Positions 16,669 to 24,369 of a DNA stretch of 32,000 nt are shown piece by piece (the first letter of the stretch is position 1; the number at the start of each line of letters is the position of its first letter). The DNA comes from Cereibacter sphaeroides 2.4.1. GTDB taxonomy: Bacteria; Pseudomonadota; Alphaproteobacteria; Rhodobacterales; Rhodobacteraceae. The notes under the pieces are model-generated. The model had not been told where the DNA came from, searched no databases, and saw only the letters and a program-made list of their open reading frames with translations. A program made the position numbers and the translations under genes. The stretch lies in the NCBI RefSeq assembly GCF_000012905.2, contig NC_007493.2, positions 1,770,001-1,802,000 of the forward strand, given 5' to 3'.

Positions 16669-17783
16669 CAGATCACCACCAGTTCGGCGCGCAGCGCCCC
16701 CGCCTCGCGAAGCGCCTCGAGGATCGCCACGAGGTCCGACGGGCTTGCCCCCACCGCATTGATCGCATCGACGAGCGAGCTCAGCGAGACGCCGGGATCG
16801 AAGACGAAGGCCTTGGCCGGCTCCTCGACCACCTGAACTTGGCTGTCGGGCGTCACCACCGGCTCGCCCGGCGCCACCACGGTCGCATTGTTGCCCACAA
16901 CCACGCTCGCGCCCTGCGAGACGCGCTGATCCTCGGTCACGCGGACGGTGAGCGAGCCGTGGGTGACGGCCGCGGGCGTCACCTTCACCGTGCCGCCGAT
17001 GACGACGGTGCCGGTGCGGGCATTGACCACCACCCTGGCCACGGGCGGCGCGGGGTCGACCTCGACATTCTCGAGCAGGCTCATGAAAGACACGCGCCGC
17101 GCGGGATCGGCCGGCGCGCGCACCCGGATCGAGGTCCCGTCGAGCGCCACCGCCACGTCGGGACCGAAGGTGCGGTTCACACCCTCCGCCACGGCCGCCG
17201 CGGTGGAGAAGTCGCCGCGGTTGAGGTTCAGCACCAGATGGTCCGTCTCGAGGAAGGGCGTCTCGACCATCTTCTCGACCATGCCGCCGCGGGGCACGCG
17301 GCCCACGGTCGGGATGTTCACGGTGAGCGAGGAGCCATCCTTGCCCTCGACGCCGAGCCCGCCCACCACGAGATTGCCCTGCGCGATGGCATAGACCTCG
17401 CCATCCGCCCCCATGAGCGGCGTCATCAGAAGCGTGCCGCCCTTCAGCGACTTGGCCTGACCCACGGTCGAGACGGTCACGTCGAGCGTCTGGCCGATCT
17501 TCAGGAACGGCGGCAGGTCGGCCGTCACCATGACGGCCGCGGCGTTCTTGGCCTTGAGATCGCCCGTCTCGACCGAGAGGCCGAGGCGCGAGATCAGCGA
17601 CTGCATCGACTGCTGGGTGAGCTGGGAATTGCCGTCGCCGGTTCCCGACAGGCCCACCACCACGCCGTAGCCCACGAGCGGGTTCGACCGCACGCCCGCG
17701 ACCGTCGTCAGGTCCTTCAGACGGTCGGCGAAGGCGGGCGGCGCGCAGGCCAGAAGCGCTGCGAGAAGGAGAGCGCGCCTCAC
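16668..17783 (-). CDS. flgI: Flagellar P-ring protein FlgI (371 aa)
   Basis: GTG start overlaps the flgH stop (GTGA). The signal peptide is [19 protein letters not shown], followed by [31 protein letters not shown]. Confidence 0.95.
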   Translation of the reverse strand: MRRALLLAALLACAPPAFADRLKDLTTVAGVRSNPLVGYGVVVGLSGTGDGNSQLTQQSMQSLISRLGLSVETGDLKAKNAAAVMVTADLPPFLKIGQTLDVTVSTVGQAKSLKGGTLLMTPLMGADGEVYAIAQGNLVVGGLGVEGKDGSSLTVNIPTVGRVPRGGMVEKMVETPFLETDHLVLNLNRGDFSTAAAVAEGVNRTFGPDVAVALDGTSIRVRAPADPARRVSFMSLLENVEVDPAPPVARVVVNARTGTVVIGGTVKVTPAAVTHGSLTVRVTEDQRVSQGASVVVGNNATVVAPGEPVVTPDSQVQVVEEPAKAFVFDPGVSLSSLVDAINAVGASPSDLVAILEALREAGALRAELVVI

Positions 17784-18448
17784 AGCGGCGAGACCACGGA
17801 CAGGCCGCGCCGCAGCCAGCCGGGCTTCGCGGTGTCGGCAGTGTCGCCCGCGCCGATATACTTGATCTCGGCATGGGCGATCCGGTCCGAGGTCACCACA
17901 TTGTCCGGCCCGATGTCCTCGGGGCGCACCACGCCCTTCAGCCGGACATATTCGTTGCCGTTGTTCAGCGTGAGGAGCTTCTGGCCCATGATCTCGAGAT
18001 TGCCGCCCGGCAGCACGCGCGTGACCGAGACCGACATCCGCCCGCGCAGCGAGTTCGACTGCGAGGCCGCCCCCTTGCCCGAAAAGCCCTGATCGGTCGA
18101 ATTGTCGAGCACCCCGTCGTCGAGCCCCAGCGTGAGCGCATCGGGCAGGTCGATCGCATAATCGCTCTTGCGCGAGCCCGAGGCGCTCTGCGACTTCGAG
18201 GCCGAGAATTTCTCGTCGAAATCCACCGTCACGATGTCTCCCACCCGCGCCGCGCGCCGGTCCGAGACGAAGAGGCCGCGGGAGGCGCTGCTGTAGATCC
18301 CGCCGGTGGGCAGGCTGTCGAGCCGCCCGGCCTCCTCGACCGGATAGACCGGGGCCCAGGCCTCGGAGGCGCGGTCCTCGACATAGGTCGAGCAGGCGGC
18401 GGGCGCGAGCAGCAGGGCCAGCGCGATGAGGGACATGCGGCGGGACAT
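17780..18448 (-). CDS. flgH: Flagellar L-ring lipoprotein FlgH (222 aa)
   Basis: Lipoprotein signal with lipobox LAPAAC. The conserved core is [16 protein letters not shown]...[16 protein letters not shown]...[17 protein letters not shown]. Confidence 0.95.
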   Translation of the reverse strand: MSRRMSLIALALLLAPAACSTYVEDRASEAWAPVYPVEEAGRLDSLPTGGIYSSASRGLFVSDRRAARVGDIVTVDFDEKFSASKSQSASGSRKSDYAIDLPDALTLGLDDGVLDNSTDQGFSGKGAASQSNSLRGRMSVSVTRVLPGGNLEIMGQKLLTLNNGNEYVRLKGVVRPEDIGPDNVVTSDRIAHAEIKYIGAGDTADTAKPGWLRRGLSVVSPL

Positions 18449-18455
18449 CTGCGCC

Positions 18456-19244
18456 TCAGAGCTTGTTGGAAAGATACTGCATCATCTCGTCGGAGGCCGA
18501 GATGGACTTGGAATTGACCTCGTAGGCGCGCTGGGTCTCGATCATGTCGACCAGCTCCTGCACCACGTTGACGTTCGAGGCTTCGAGGGACCCCTGCACG
18601 AGCTTTCCGAAGCCGGGCTCGACCGGATTGCCGATCACCGCCTCGCCCGAGGCCCCGGTCTCGACCGCGAAGGTCTCGCCCACGGGCTGGAGGCCGCGCG
18701 GGTTGGCGAAGGTGGCGAGGGTCATCTGGCCCACCTCCTGAGCCTCGGTCTCGTCGGGCATCAGCACCGACACGATCCCGTCCGACGAGATGGTGACCGA
18801 GACCGCGCCCTCGGGGATCTGGATCTCGGGCTGCACGACATAGCCCGAGGGGGTGGTGATGGTGCCTTCGGCATTCTGCGAGAAGGTGCCGTTCCGGGTG
18901 TAGCCCATGCGCCCGTCGGGCATCAGCACCTGAAAGAAGCCCGGCCCGTCGATGGCCAGATCGAGCGCATTGTCGGTATTGGCGAGCGAGCCCTGCGTGT
19001 AGAGCTTTTCCGTCGAGACGACGCGGACCCCCGTCCCCACCGCCGAGGGCGAGGTCATGGCGGTGGCTTCGGACGTCTGCGCCCCGCCGGGCTTCCAGGT
19101 CTGGTAGAGGAGGCTCTCGAAATTGGCGCGGTCGCGCTTGAACCCTGTCGTGTTGACGTTGGCGAGGTTGTTCGAGATCACCTGCATCCGGGTCTGCTGG
19201 GCATTGAGACCGGTCGAGGCGACATGCATCGCATTGGTGGACAT
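18456..19244 (-). CDS. flgG: Distal rod protein FlgG (262 aa)
   Basis: MSTNAMHVASTGLNAQQTRMQVISNNLANVNTTGFKRDRANFESLLYQ ... LEASNVNVVQELVDMIETQRAYEVNSK. A GAAGGAG RBS is present. Confidence 0.96.
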   Translation of the reverse strand: MSTNAMHVASTGLNAQQTRMQVISNNLANVNTTGFKRDRANFESLLYQTWKPGGAQTSEATAMTSPSAVGTGVRVVSTEKLYTQGSLANTDNALDLAIDGPGFFQVLMPDGRMGYTRNGTFSQNAEGTITTPSGYVVQPEIQIPEGAVSVTISSDGIVSVLMPDETEAQEVGQMTLATFANPRGLQPVGETFAVETGASGEAVIGNPVEPGFGKLVQGSLEASNVNVVQELVDMIETQRAYEVNSKSISASDEMMQYLSNKL

Positions 19245-19277
19245 GCGGGGCTCCTTCAGGCGCTACGCCCTTTCCGG

Positions 19278-19293
19278 TGCAAGCCCCGTGCCA
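19278..19293 (-). promoter_or_regulatory. Sigma-54 promoter TGGCAC-N5-TTGCA for the flgG operon
   Basis: The - strand reads TGGCACggggcTTGCA, a perfect consensus. It sits in the 53-nt flgF-flgG gap, about 34 nt upstream of the flgG ATG. Confidence 0.85.
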
Positions 19294-19297
19294 CAGG

Positions 19298-20053
19298 TCA
19301 CTCGGGCGGACGCAGGAGCCGCGCGCCGCTCTCGTCCAGCTCCTTGGCCGAGGAGATCATGCGGAGGTTGAGCTCGAAGGTGCGCTGCAGTTCGATCGAG
19401 GAGACGAGCTCCTCCATCGTATTGACGTTCGAGCCCTCGAGCACGCCCTGCAGCACGCGGGCGCGCTGGTCGGGCGGCGGCAGGGGCTCGCCCCCGGCCC
19501 GGATCCGGCCGTCGGGATCCTTGCGCAGCGTCACGCCGTCGGGGATCGTGGTGGCGATCAGCGGCCCCTCGACCTGCTGGCCGGGCGGGCCGTCCTGCGG
19601 CTCGTAGAGGATGCGGCCCGTCTCGTCGACGATGAGCGCGCGCACGGGCGGCAGCTCGATCGGCTGCATCGCCGGATCGAGCATCGCCTCGCCCGCTCCG
19701 TTCAGAAGCCGCCCGTCGGCCGTGAGCCGCAGGTCGCCCCGGCGCGACAGGGCGGGCTCGCCCCCCTCGGGCTGGACGAAGAACCAGCCCTCCTCGGCGA
19801 TGGCCACATCCATCGGCTCGCCGGTCTGGTTCAGAAGACCCGGCGCGGAGGAGAAGAGATGCGGCCCCCGCTCGGTCTGGAAGGCCCGCGCCGAGGCCGC
19901 GTCCATCGCCTTGAGGAACCGCGCGTCGCCCTCGTTCGTCAGATCGCGCCGGAAGCCCGGCACGGTCTGGTTGGCGAGGTTCTGCGCCTGGATCACCCGC
20001 GTGTCGCGCAGGTTCGCCAGCGAGTTCAGCGCGGTGTGGATCAGCCGGTCCAT
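19298..20053 (-). CDS. flgF: Proximal rod protein FlgF (251 aa)
   Basis: MDRLIHTALNSLANLRDTRVIQAQNLANQTVPGFRRDL ... LEGSNVNTMEELVSSIELQRTFELN. Confidence 0.93.
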   Translation of the reverse strand: MDRLIHTALNSLANLRDTRVIQAQNLANQTVPGFRRDLTNEGDARFLKAMDAASARAFQTERGPHLFSSAPGLLNQTGEPMDVAIAEEGWFFVQPEGGEPALSRRGDLRLTADGRLLNGAGEAMLDPAMQPIELPPVRALIVDETGRILYEPQDGPPGQQVEGPLIATTIPDGVTLRKDPDGRIRAGGEPLPPPDQRARVLQGVLEGSNVNTMEELVSSIELQRTFELNLRMISSAKELDESGARLLRPPE

Positions 20054-20061
20054 GAGCCGCC

Positions 20062-21333
20062 TCAGCTGCGGATGTTCATGATCGTCTGCATGAGCGAGTT
20101 CGAGGTCTCCATCGCCTTGGCCGAGGCCTGATAGTTGCGCTGCGCGGTGATGAGATGGACGAGCTCCTCGGTGAGGTCCACGTTGGCATGTTCCAGCGCG
20201 CCGGCCCGGATGATCCCGAAGCCGGAGTCGCCCGCCGTGCCCGCGACGGGCTGACCGGAATCGGCGGTGGCGGCGAAGCCCGAGGCCCCGAGCTGGCGCA
20301 GCGCCTGCGGGTTGGCGAAGGTCACGAGCACCACCTGCCCCATGGCGACCGGGCTGCCCGCACCGTAGGCGGCCCAGACCGTGCCGCTCGCATCCACCTC
20401 GAGGCTGGTCAGCGCCGAGGCGCTCTTGCCGTCCTGGCTCACGGTATTGACCTCGAAGCTCCGGTCGGCGAGCTGGGTCTCGGTGAGATCGAGCGTGTAG
20501 CTGCTGCCCGAAGCCGCCGTGAAGCTGAGCGCGCCCGTGCCGCCCGAGAGCGCGCCGGTCGCGTCGAAGGTGAGGTCGCCCTGTGCCGGCGTCAGCGGCT
20601 CGCCCGCCACCACGAGCCGCACCGCCCAGTCTGTCTGGGGGTTGCCCGCGGTGGGGTTCGCGGTCTTGATGAAATAGGCCGCCGCCTCGACCGCATTGCC
20701 CTTCGCATCGAAGATGGGAACTGCCGTGACAGCGGCGTAGGTGGTCGGATCGGCCGGATCGAAGGCTGCGGCGGGCGGAACGGCCGCCTGCGTGCCCAGC
20801 ATCGCATTGTCGGTCGGCAGATCGACCGACAGCGCAACCGTGCTCGTCCCCACCGGCGATCCCATCGTGAGCGGAATGGTCAGCGGCGTGGCCGAGCCCG
20901 GCACCTGGCTCAGCGCGTCGCCTTCCACGCTCACCGGCCAGGCGAGCAGCTTCTGACCCGAGGCATTGATCGCCACGCCCTCGGCATTGAGGCCGAAGGC
21001 GCCCGCGCGGGTGTAGATCGGCTCCGGCTTGGCGGAGTTGGGCCCGACGGCGGGCTCGGTGGCGAAGAAGCCCTGCCCCTCGATGGCCAGATCGAGCGTG
21101 TTGCCCGTGGCCACCACCGAGCCCTGGCTGAACTGCATGGCGGTGCGCAGCGTCTGCACGCCCGAGCCCACTGCCGTCCGCGAGATGCTGTAGGGCGAGG
21201 AGTTGAACACGTCCGCGAATTCCGCGCGGCTGCCGCGGAAGCCGATGGTGCCCACGTTGGCGATGTTGTGCGACGTGGCGGCGATGTCGTGCTGGGCGGC
21301 GGAGAGCCCCGAGAGGGCGGTGTTGATCGACAT
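20062..21333 (-). CDS. flgE: Flagellar hook protein FlgE (423 aa)
   Basis: MSINTALSGLSAAQHDIAATSHNIANVGTIGFRGSRAEF ... LEHANVDLTEELVHLITAQRNYQASAKAMETSNSLMQTIMNIRS. There is a central Pro-rich patch AVPPAAAFDPADPTTY. A CAGGAG RBS is present. Confidence 0.95.
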   Translation of the reverse strand: MSINTALSGLSAAQHDIAATSHNIANVGTIGFRGSRAEFADVFNSSPYSISRTAVGSGVQTLRTAMQFSQGSVVATGNTLDLAIEGQGFFATEPAVGPNSAKPEPIYTRAGAFGLNAEGVAINASGQKLLAWPVSVEGDALSQVPGSATPLTIPLTMGSPVGTSTVALSVDLPTDNAMLGTQAAVPPAAAFDPADPTTYAAVTAVPIFDAKGNAVEAAAYFIKTANPTAGNPQTDWAVRLVVAGEPLTPAQGDLTFDATGALSGGTGALSFTAASGSSYTLDLTETQLADRSFEVNTVSQDGKSASALTSLEVDASGTVWAAYGAGSPVAMGQVVLVTFANPQALRQLGASGFAATADSGQPVAGTAGDSGFGIIRAGALEHANVDLTEELVHLITAQRNYQASAKAMETSNSLMQTIMNIRS

Positions 21334-21357
21334 GGAGTGGCTCCTGTAAGTCGGGGA

Positions 21358-22029
21358 TCAGCGGAAGGAGGTGACGGTGTCGGCGGCGACATTGCCCTTG
21401 TCCTCGACCTCGAGGACCGTGCTCTTGCCGTCGGCGCTGGTGCCGACCGACAGGACGCGGGCATAGACCTTCGGGGCGAGCGGGACCGAGCCGTCGGACG
21501 AGGCGGCCGTGACGCTCACCCGCAGCGGCACGCGGGAGGAAACGAGCGAGGACGGCACGCCGTCCCAGCCGAAGCTCACATCGCCCGCGCTCTGCGCCCC
21601 GAGGGTCTGACTGTGGAGGAGCTCGCCCGTCACGCTGTTCGAATAGGTCACGACCAGCGCCTCGGCCGGATCGGTGAGCGTGACCGCGCCGCGCACCGTC
21701 CCCGTGCCGTCGGCGCGCACGAGCGTGCCCGGCACCAGCACCGACTTGCCGATCAGCGAGGCGGCCGTGGCTGTGCGGAAGGCACCGAGCCCGTCGCCGA
21801 TCCCGGTCAGCGTGCTGTTGAGCTGCTCGATCCCGGACACGGTCGAGAACTGTGCCATCTGGGCCAGGAACTCGCCGTTCTCCATCGGCTGGAACGGGTC
21901 CTGGTTCTGGAGCTGCGTGGTCAGCAGCGTCAGGAAATCCTGCTGGCCGAGGTTCGACTTGCCCTTGGCCTGCGTCGAGGTCTGGAGGGCGAGCCCCGTG
22001 GCATAGGAAGCGTCGACGGCGGTCGTCAT
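21358..22029 (-). CDS. flgD: Hook capping/scaffold protein FlgD (223 aa)
   Basis: The N-terminal motif is LGQQDFLTLLTTQLQNQDPFQPMENGEFLAQMAQFSTVSGIEQLN. Confidence 0.93.
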   Translation of the reverse strand: MTTAVDASYATGLALQTSTQAKGKSNLGQQDFLTLLTTQLQNQDPFQPMENGEFLAQMAQFSTVSGIEQLNSTLTGIGDGLGAFRTATAASLIGKSVLVPGTLVRADGTGTVRGAVTLTDPAEALVVTYSNSVTGELLHSQTLGAQSAGDVSFGWDGVPSSLVSSRVPLRVSVTAASSDGSVPLAPKVYARVLSVGTSADGKSTVLEVEDKGNVAADTVTSFR

Positions 22030-22030
22030 C

Positions 22031-22450
22031 TCACTGCCCCATGCTGGCGGTGCGGGCCATGAGCGACCGCAGCGTCGAGACCGCCTCGAGCGTGTTCTGA
22101 TACTGGCGGCTCGCCTCCATCATCTCGACCATCTCCTCGTCGACCGAGACCGGCGCCTCCCAGACATAGCCTTCGGGATCGGCCTGCGGATGATCGGGCC
22201 GGTAGACCCGCGCGGGCTCGCGGTCGAGGCTGACGACGCCCGCCACATCCGTGGTCGAGAGGCCGGTCCGGCCCACCGCATCGGCATAGCTCGTCTCGAA
22301 CACGGGCCGCAGCGGCCGGAAGGCCGTCTCGGCCTTGTCCGAGACGGTGCCCGCATTGGCGAGGTTGCTCGCCACCGTGTTCATCCGCACCATCTGCGCC
22401 GAGAGCGCCCGCGCGCCCACGTCGAAGACACTGTCGATCCCGTTCATCAT
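22031..22450 (-). CDS. flgC: Proximal rod protein FlgC (139 aa; second ATG at 22447 is equally possible)
   Basis: [35 protein letters not shown] ... [29 protein letters not shown]. The start overlaps the flgB stop (ATGATGA). The rest of track ORF 22031..22885 is an off-frame extension over flgB. Confidence 0.92.
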   Translation of the reverse strand: MMNGIDSVFDVGARALSAQMVRMNTVASNLANAGTVSDKAETAFRPLRPVFETSYADAVGRTGLSTTDVAGVVSLDREPARVYRPDHPQADPEGYVWEAPVSVDEEMVEMMEASRQYQNTLEAVSTLRSLMARTASMGQ

Positions 22451-22833
22451 TCCCCCTTGATCGCCGTCATCAGGCCCGAGATGCGCCGGTTGAGGAGCGC
22501 GAGGCTCGTCTGGTAGCGCAGGGTGTTTTCCGCAAATTCCATCTGCTCCACGGCCATCTCGACCGTGTTGCCGTCGAGCGAGGGCGTGACCGGATCGCGG
22601 TAGAGCGCCTCGCCCCTCGCGGCCGGGCCGCCCGCCGCGAAATGGCGCGCCTCGGTGGTGCGCAGCGTGCCGTTGCCCGACGCCCGGGCGAGCTCCGCTC
22701 CGAAGTCGATGTCGCGCGCCTTGTAATGCGGGGTCGCGGCATTCGCGATGTTCGAGGTCAGCAGGTTGTTGCGCGTCTCGCGCAGGACGAGGGCCTGCGC
22801 ATGGACCCCCAGCTGATCGCGAAATCCCGTCAT
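22447..22833 (-). CDS. flgB: Proximal rod protein FlgB (128 aa)
   Basis: [28 protein letters not shown] ... [36 protein letters not shown]. An AAGGAGGA RBS is present. Confidence 0.93.
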   Translation of the reverse strand: MTGFRDQLGVHAQALVLRETRNNLLTSNIANAATPHYKARDIDFGAELARASGNGTLRTTEARHFAAGGPAARGEALYRDPVTPSLDGNTVEMAVEQMEFAENTLRYQTSLALLNRRISGLMTAIKGE

Positions 22834-22868
22834 CCGTTCCTCCTTGGCGCCGCCGCGCGGGCGGCATC

Positions 22869-22884
22869 TGGACCGGGACTTGCA
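22869..22884 (+). promoter_or_regulatory. Candidate sigma-54 promoter TGGACC-N5-TTGCA facing the 388-aa orphan gene
   Basis: The + strand reads TGGACCgggacTTGCA. GG and GC are correctly spaced, but two mismatches follow the GG. The predicted start is near 22895, 28 nt before ATG 22923, with a GAGGAG RBS. It shares TTGCAA 22880-22885 with the flgB promoter. Confidence 0.45.
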
Positions 22885-22896
22885 AGGACGATGCCA
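22881..22896 (-). promoter_or_regulatory. Sigma-54 promoter TGGCAT-N5-TTGCA for the flgB operon
   Basis: The - strand reads TGGCATcgtccTTGCA. The predicted transcription start is near 22870, giving a leader of about 37 nt to the flgB ATG at 22833. Confidence 0.8.
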
Positions 22897-22922
22897 GATG
22901 CCCAGCCTCCGAGGAGAAAGCG

Positions 22923-24089
22923 ATGCCCGCGTCGTCCGATCTGGCCCGTCATCCCGCGCTCGACGCGGCCGCGCGCGCCGTGCTGGCGCTTCTCGAGCCT
23001 CTGGACCGGAGGGAGGGCCTCGCGCGTCTCGAAGCCCTCCATGCCGCGGCCGCCCCCGGTCCGGCCCGACGCGCGTTGCTCGCCGCCCGGATCGCGCTCC
23101 TGCGCGGCGCGCCGGCGCTGGCGCCTCCCGCCGTCATGCCGGAACCCGAGCCGGAGCCGGAGCCGCCCGCCCCCGAGCCGCCGGCGCCGAAGCCCGTGGT
23201 GATCCCGCAGCTCGATCTTTCGGCCATGATGGCGCTCTTCGAGGATGCCGAGGAGGAACCCGCCGCGGATGCCGCCCCCCCGGACGAGGGCTGGACCCGG
23301 ATCCGCCTGACCGAGGACGGCCCGCGCGGCCCCGGCCAGTTTCCGAAGGGCGCGGCACTCTCGGTGACGCTCGAGGATGCGGCGCGGCTCCTCACTGCGG
23401 GCGTCGCCGAAGAGATGGAGGCAGGTCCCGCCGAGACGGAGCCTTCGCCGCCCGATGCCCCGCAAGAGGCCGCCGTTGCAGGAGATCCTGACGCGGACGG
23501 CACGTCCGCGGAGCCGCCTCACGCCGCCGGACCTGCGCGCCGGCCGAAGCGCAGCGCGCGCCGCAAGACATCGGCCGGCGCCGCGTCCGAAGGGACCGCC
23601 GTGGAAGAGACAGCTCCCAAGGCGCGCGCCTCAAGGGGCCCGCGCCGGTCCCGGCGTGCTGCGGCCGAAGATCCCGGCACGGAGACCATCCCGGCACCCG
23701 CCACCGGCGAGAAAGAGCCGCCCTCTCCGGGTCTCCATCCGCCGACGCAGGCCGCCTTCGTGACATCCGGCGGCCAGCCCTCCGCCGACGTCCCGGCAGT
23801 GGGGCGGCTGCAGACGCTCGATGCCGCGGCCCCGGCGGCCTCGGAGGAACCGGATCCTGACGCGGTTGGCGCCCCTGAGGACGATCCCGCCCCGACCGCC
23901 AAAGGCGTTGCTCCGCCTGCAGAGGCCCCCCCTGTGCGGGGGCGGCCCCAGGGCTTCAATCCCGCCGCATTCGCCGCCCTCGCGGCCTTCGGGGACACCG
24001 ATCCCGCAGAGGATGCGGAAGAAATCGGCGGCGAACCGGGCGTCGGCAAGGCTCCAGATGGGACTGCGCCGCCCACGACGTCAGCATGA
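22923..24089 (+). CDS. Acidic Pro/Ala-rich, probably intrinsically disordered protein of unknown function (388 aa)
   Basis: ATG with a GAGGAG RBS 8 nt upstream. GC3 is high, especially in the first half. The N-terminal ~70 aa are helical, followed by a [19 protein letters not shown] linker, a short ordered-looking core ([39 protein letters not shown]), a basic patch ([12 protein letters not shown]...SRGPRRSRR) and an acidic tail. There is no signal peptide or TM segment. Other frames give only Arg/Gly-rich nonsense. Confidence 0.6.
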   Translation: MPASSDLARHPALDAAARAVLALLEPLDRREGLARLEALHAAAAPGPARRALLAARIALLRGAPALAPPAVMPEPEPEPEPPAPEPPAPKPVVIPQLDLSAMMALFEDAEEEPAADAAPPDEGWTRIRLTEDGPRGPGQFPKGAALSVTLEDAARLLTAGVAEEMEAGPAETEPSPPDAPQEAAVAGDPDADGTSAEPPHAAGPARRPKRSARRKTSAGAASEGTAVEETAPKARASRGPRRSRRAAAEDPGTETIPAPATGEKEPPSPGLHPPTQAAFVTSGGQPSADVPAVGRLQTLDAAAPAASEEPDPDAVGAPEDDPAPTAKGVAPPAEAPPVRGRPQGFNPAAFAALAAFGDTDPAEDAEEIGGEPGVGKAPDGTAPPTTSA

Positions 24090-24369
24090 CGGCAGGATCG
24101 AGCCGGTGCGCATCTGCTCCCGCTCCAGGCAGAGGCCGCCCCGTGCCGCGGACCAGGCGTTGCGCGGGGTTCCGTGTGCCGCGGCGGACGGTGCATTCCA
24201 AACGACCGAACCGCGTCGAGCCTCGCTGCGCCAAGCCTTTCAGGGTTTCGATCGAGGGACGGGCCGTCCCCGCGTCACAAGAGGGCCGGACGAACCGGGG
24301 GGAACGGCGCAACAGGCCGAGCGACCGTCACCATCGGCAGGAGCAAGCCCGCCCGGCGCGGGGCGTGGC

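Noticed and set aside
24090-24369. A 280-bp non-coding spacer between convergent genes. It has a 9-bp direct repeat GTGCCGCGG (24143 and 24176) and a 6-bp GC hairpin (24256-24270).
   Set aside because: - The repeat is short and of the dominant composition.
- The hairpin lacks a U-tract.
- The ORFs here (24086..24388, 24174..24509, 23956..24312) translate to Arg-rich nonsense.
- There is no evidence for an RNA gene from sequence alone.
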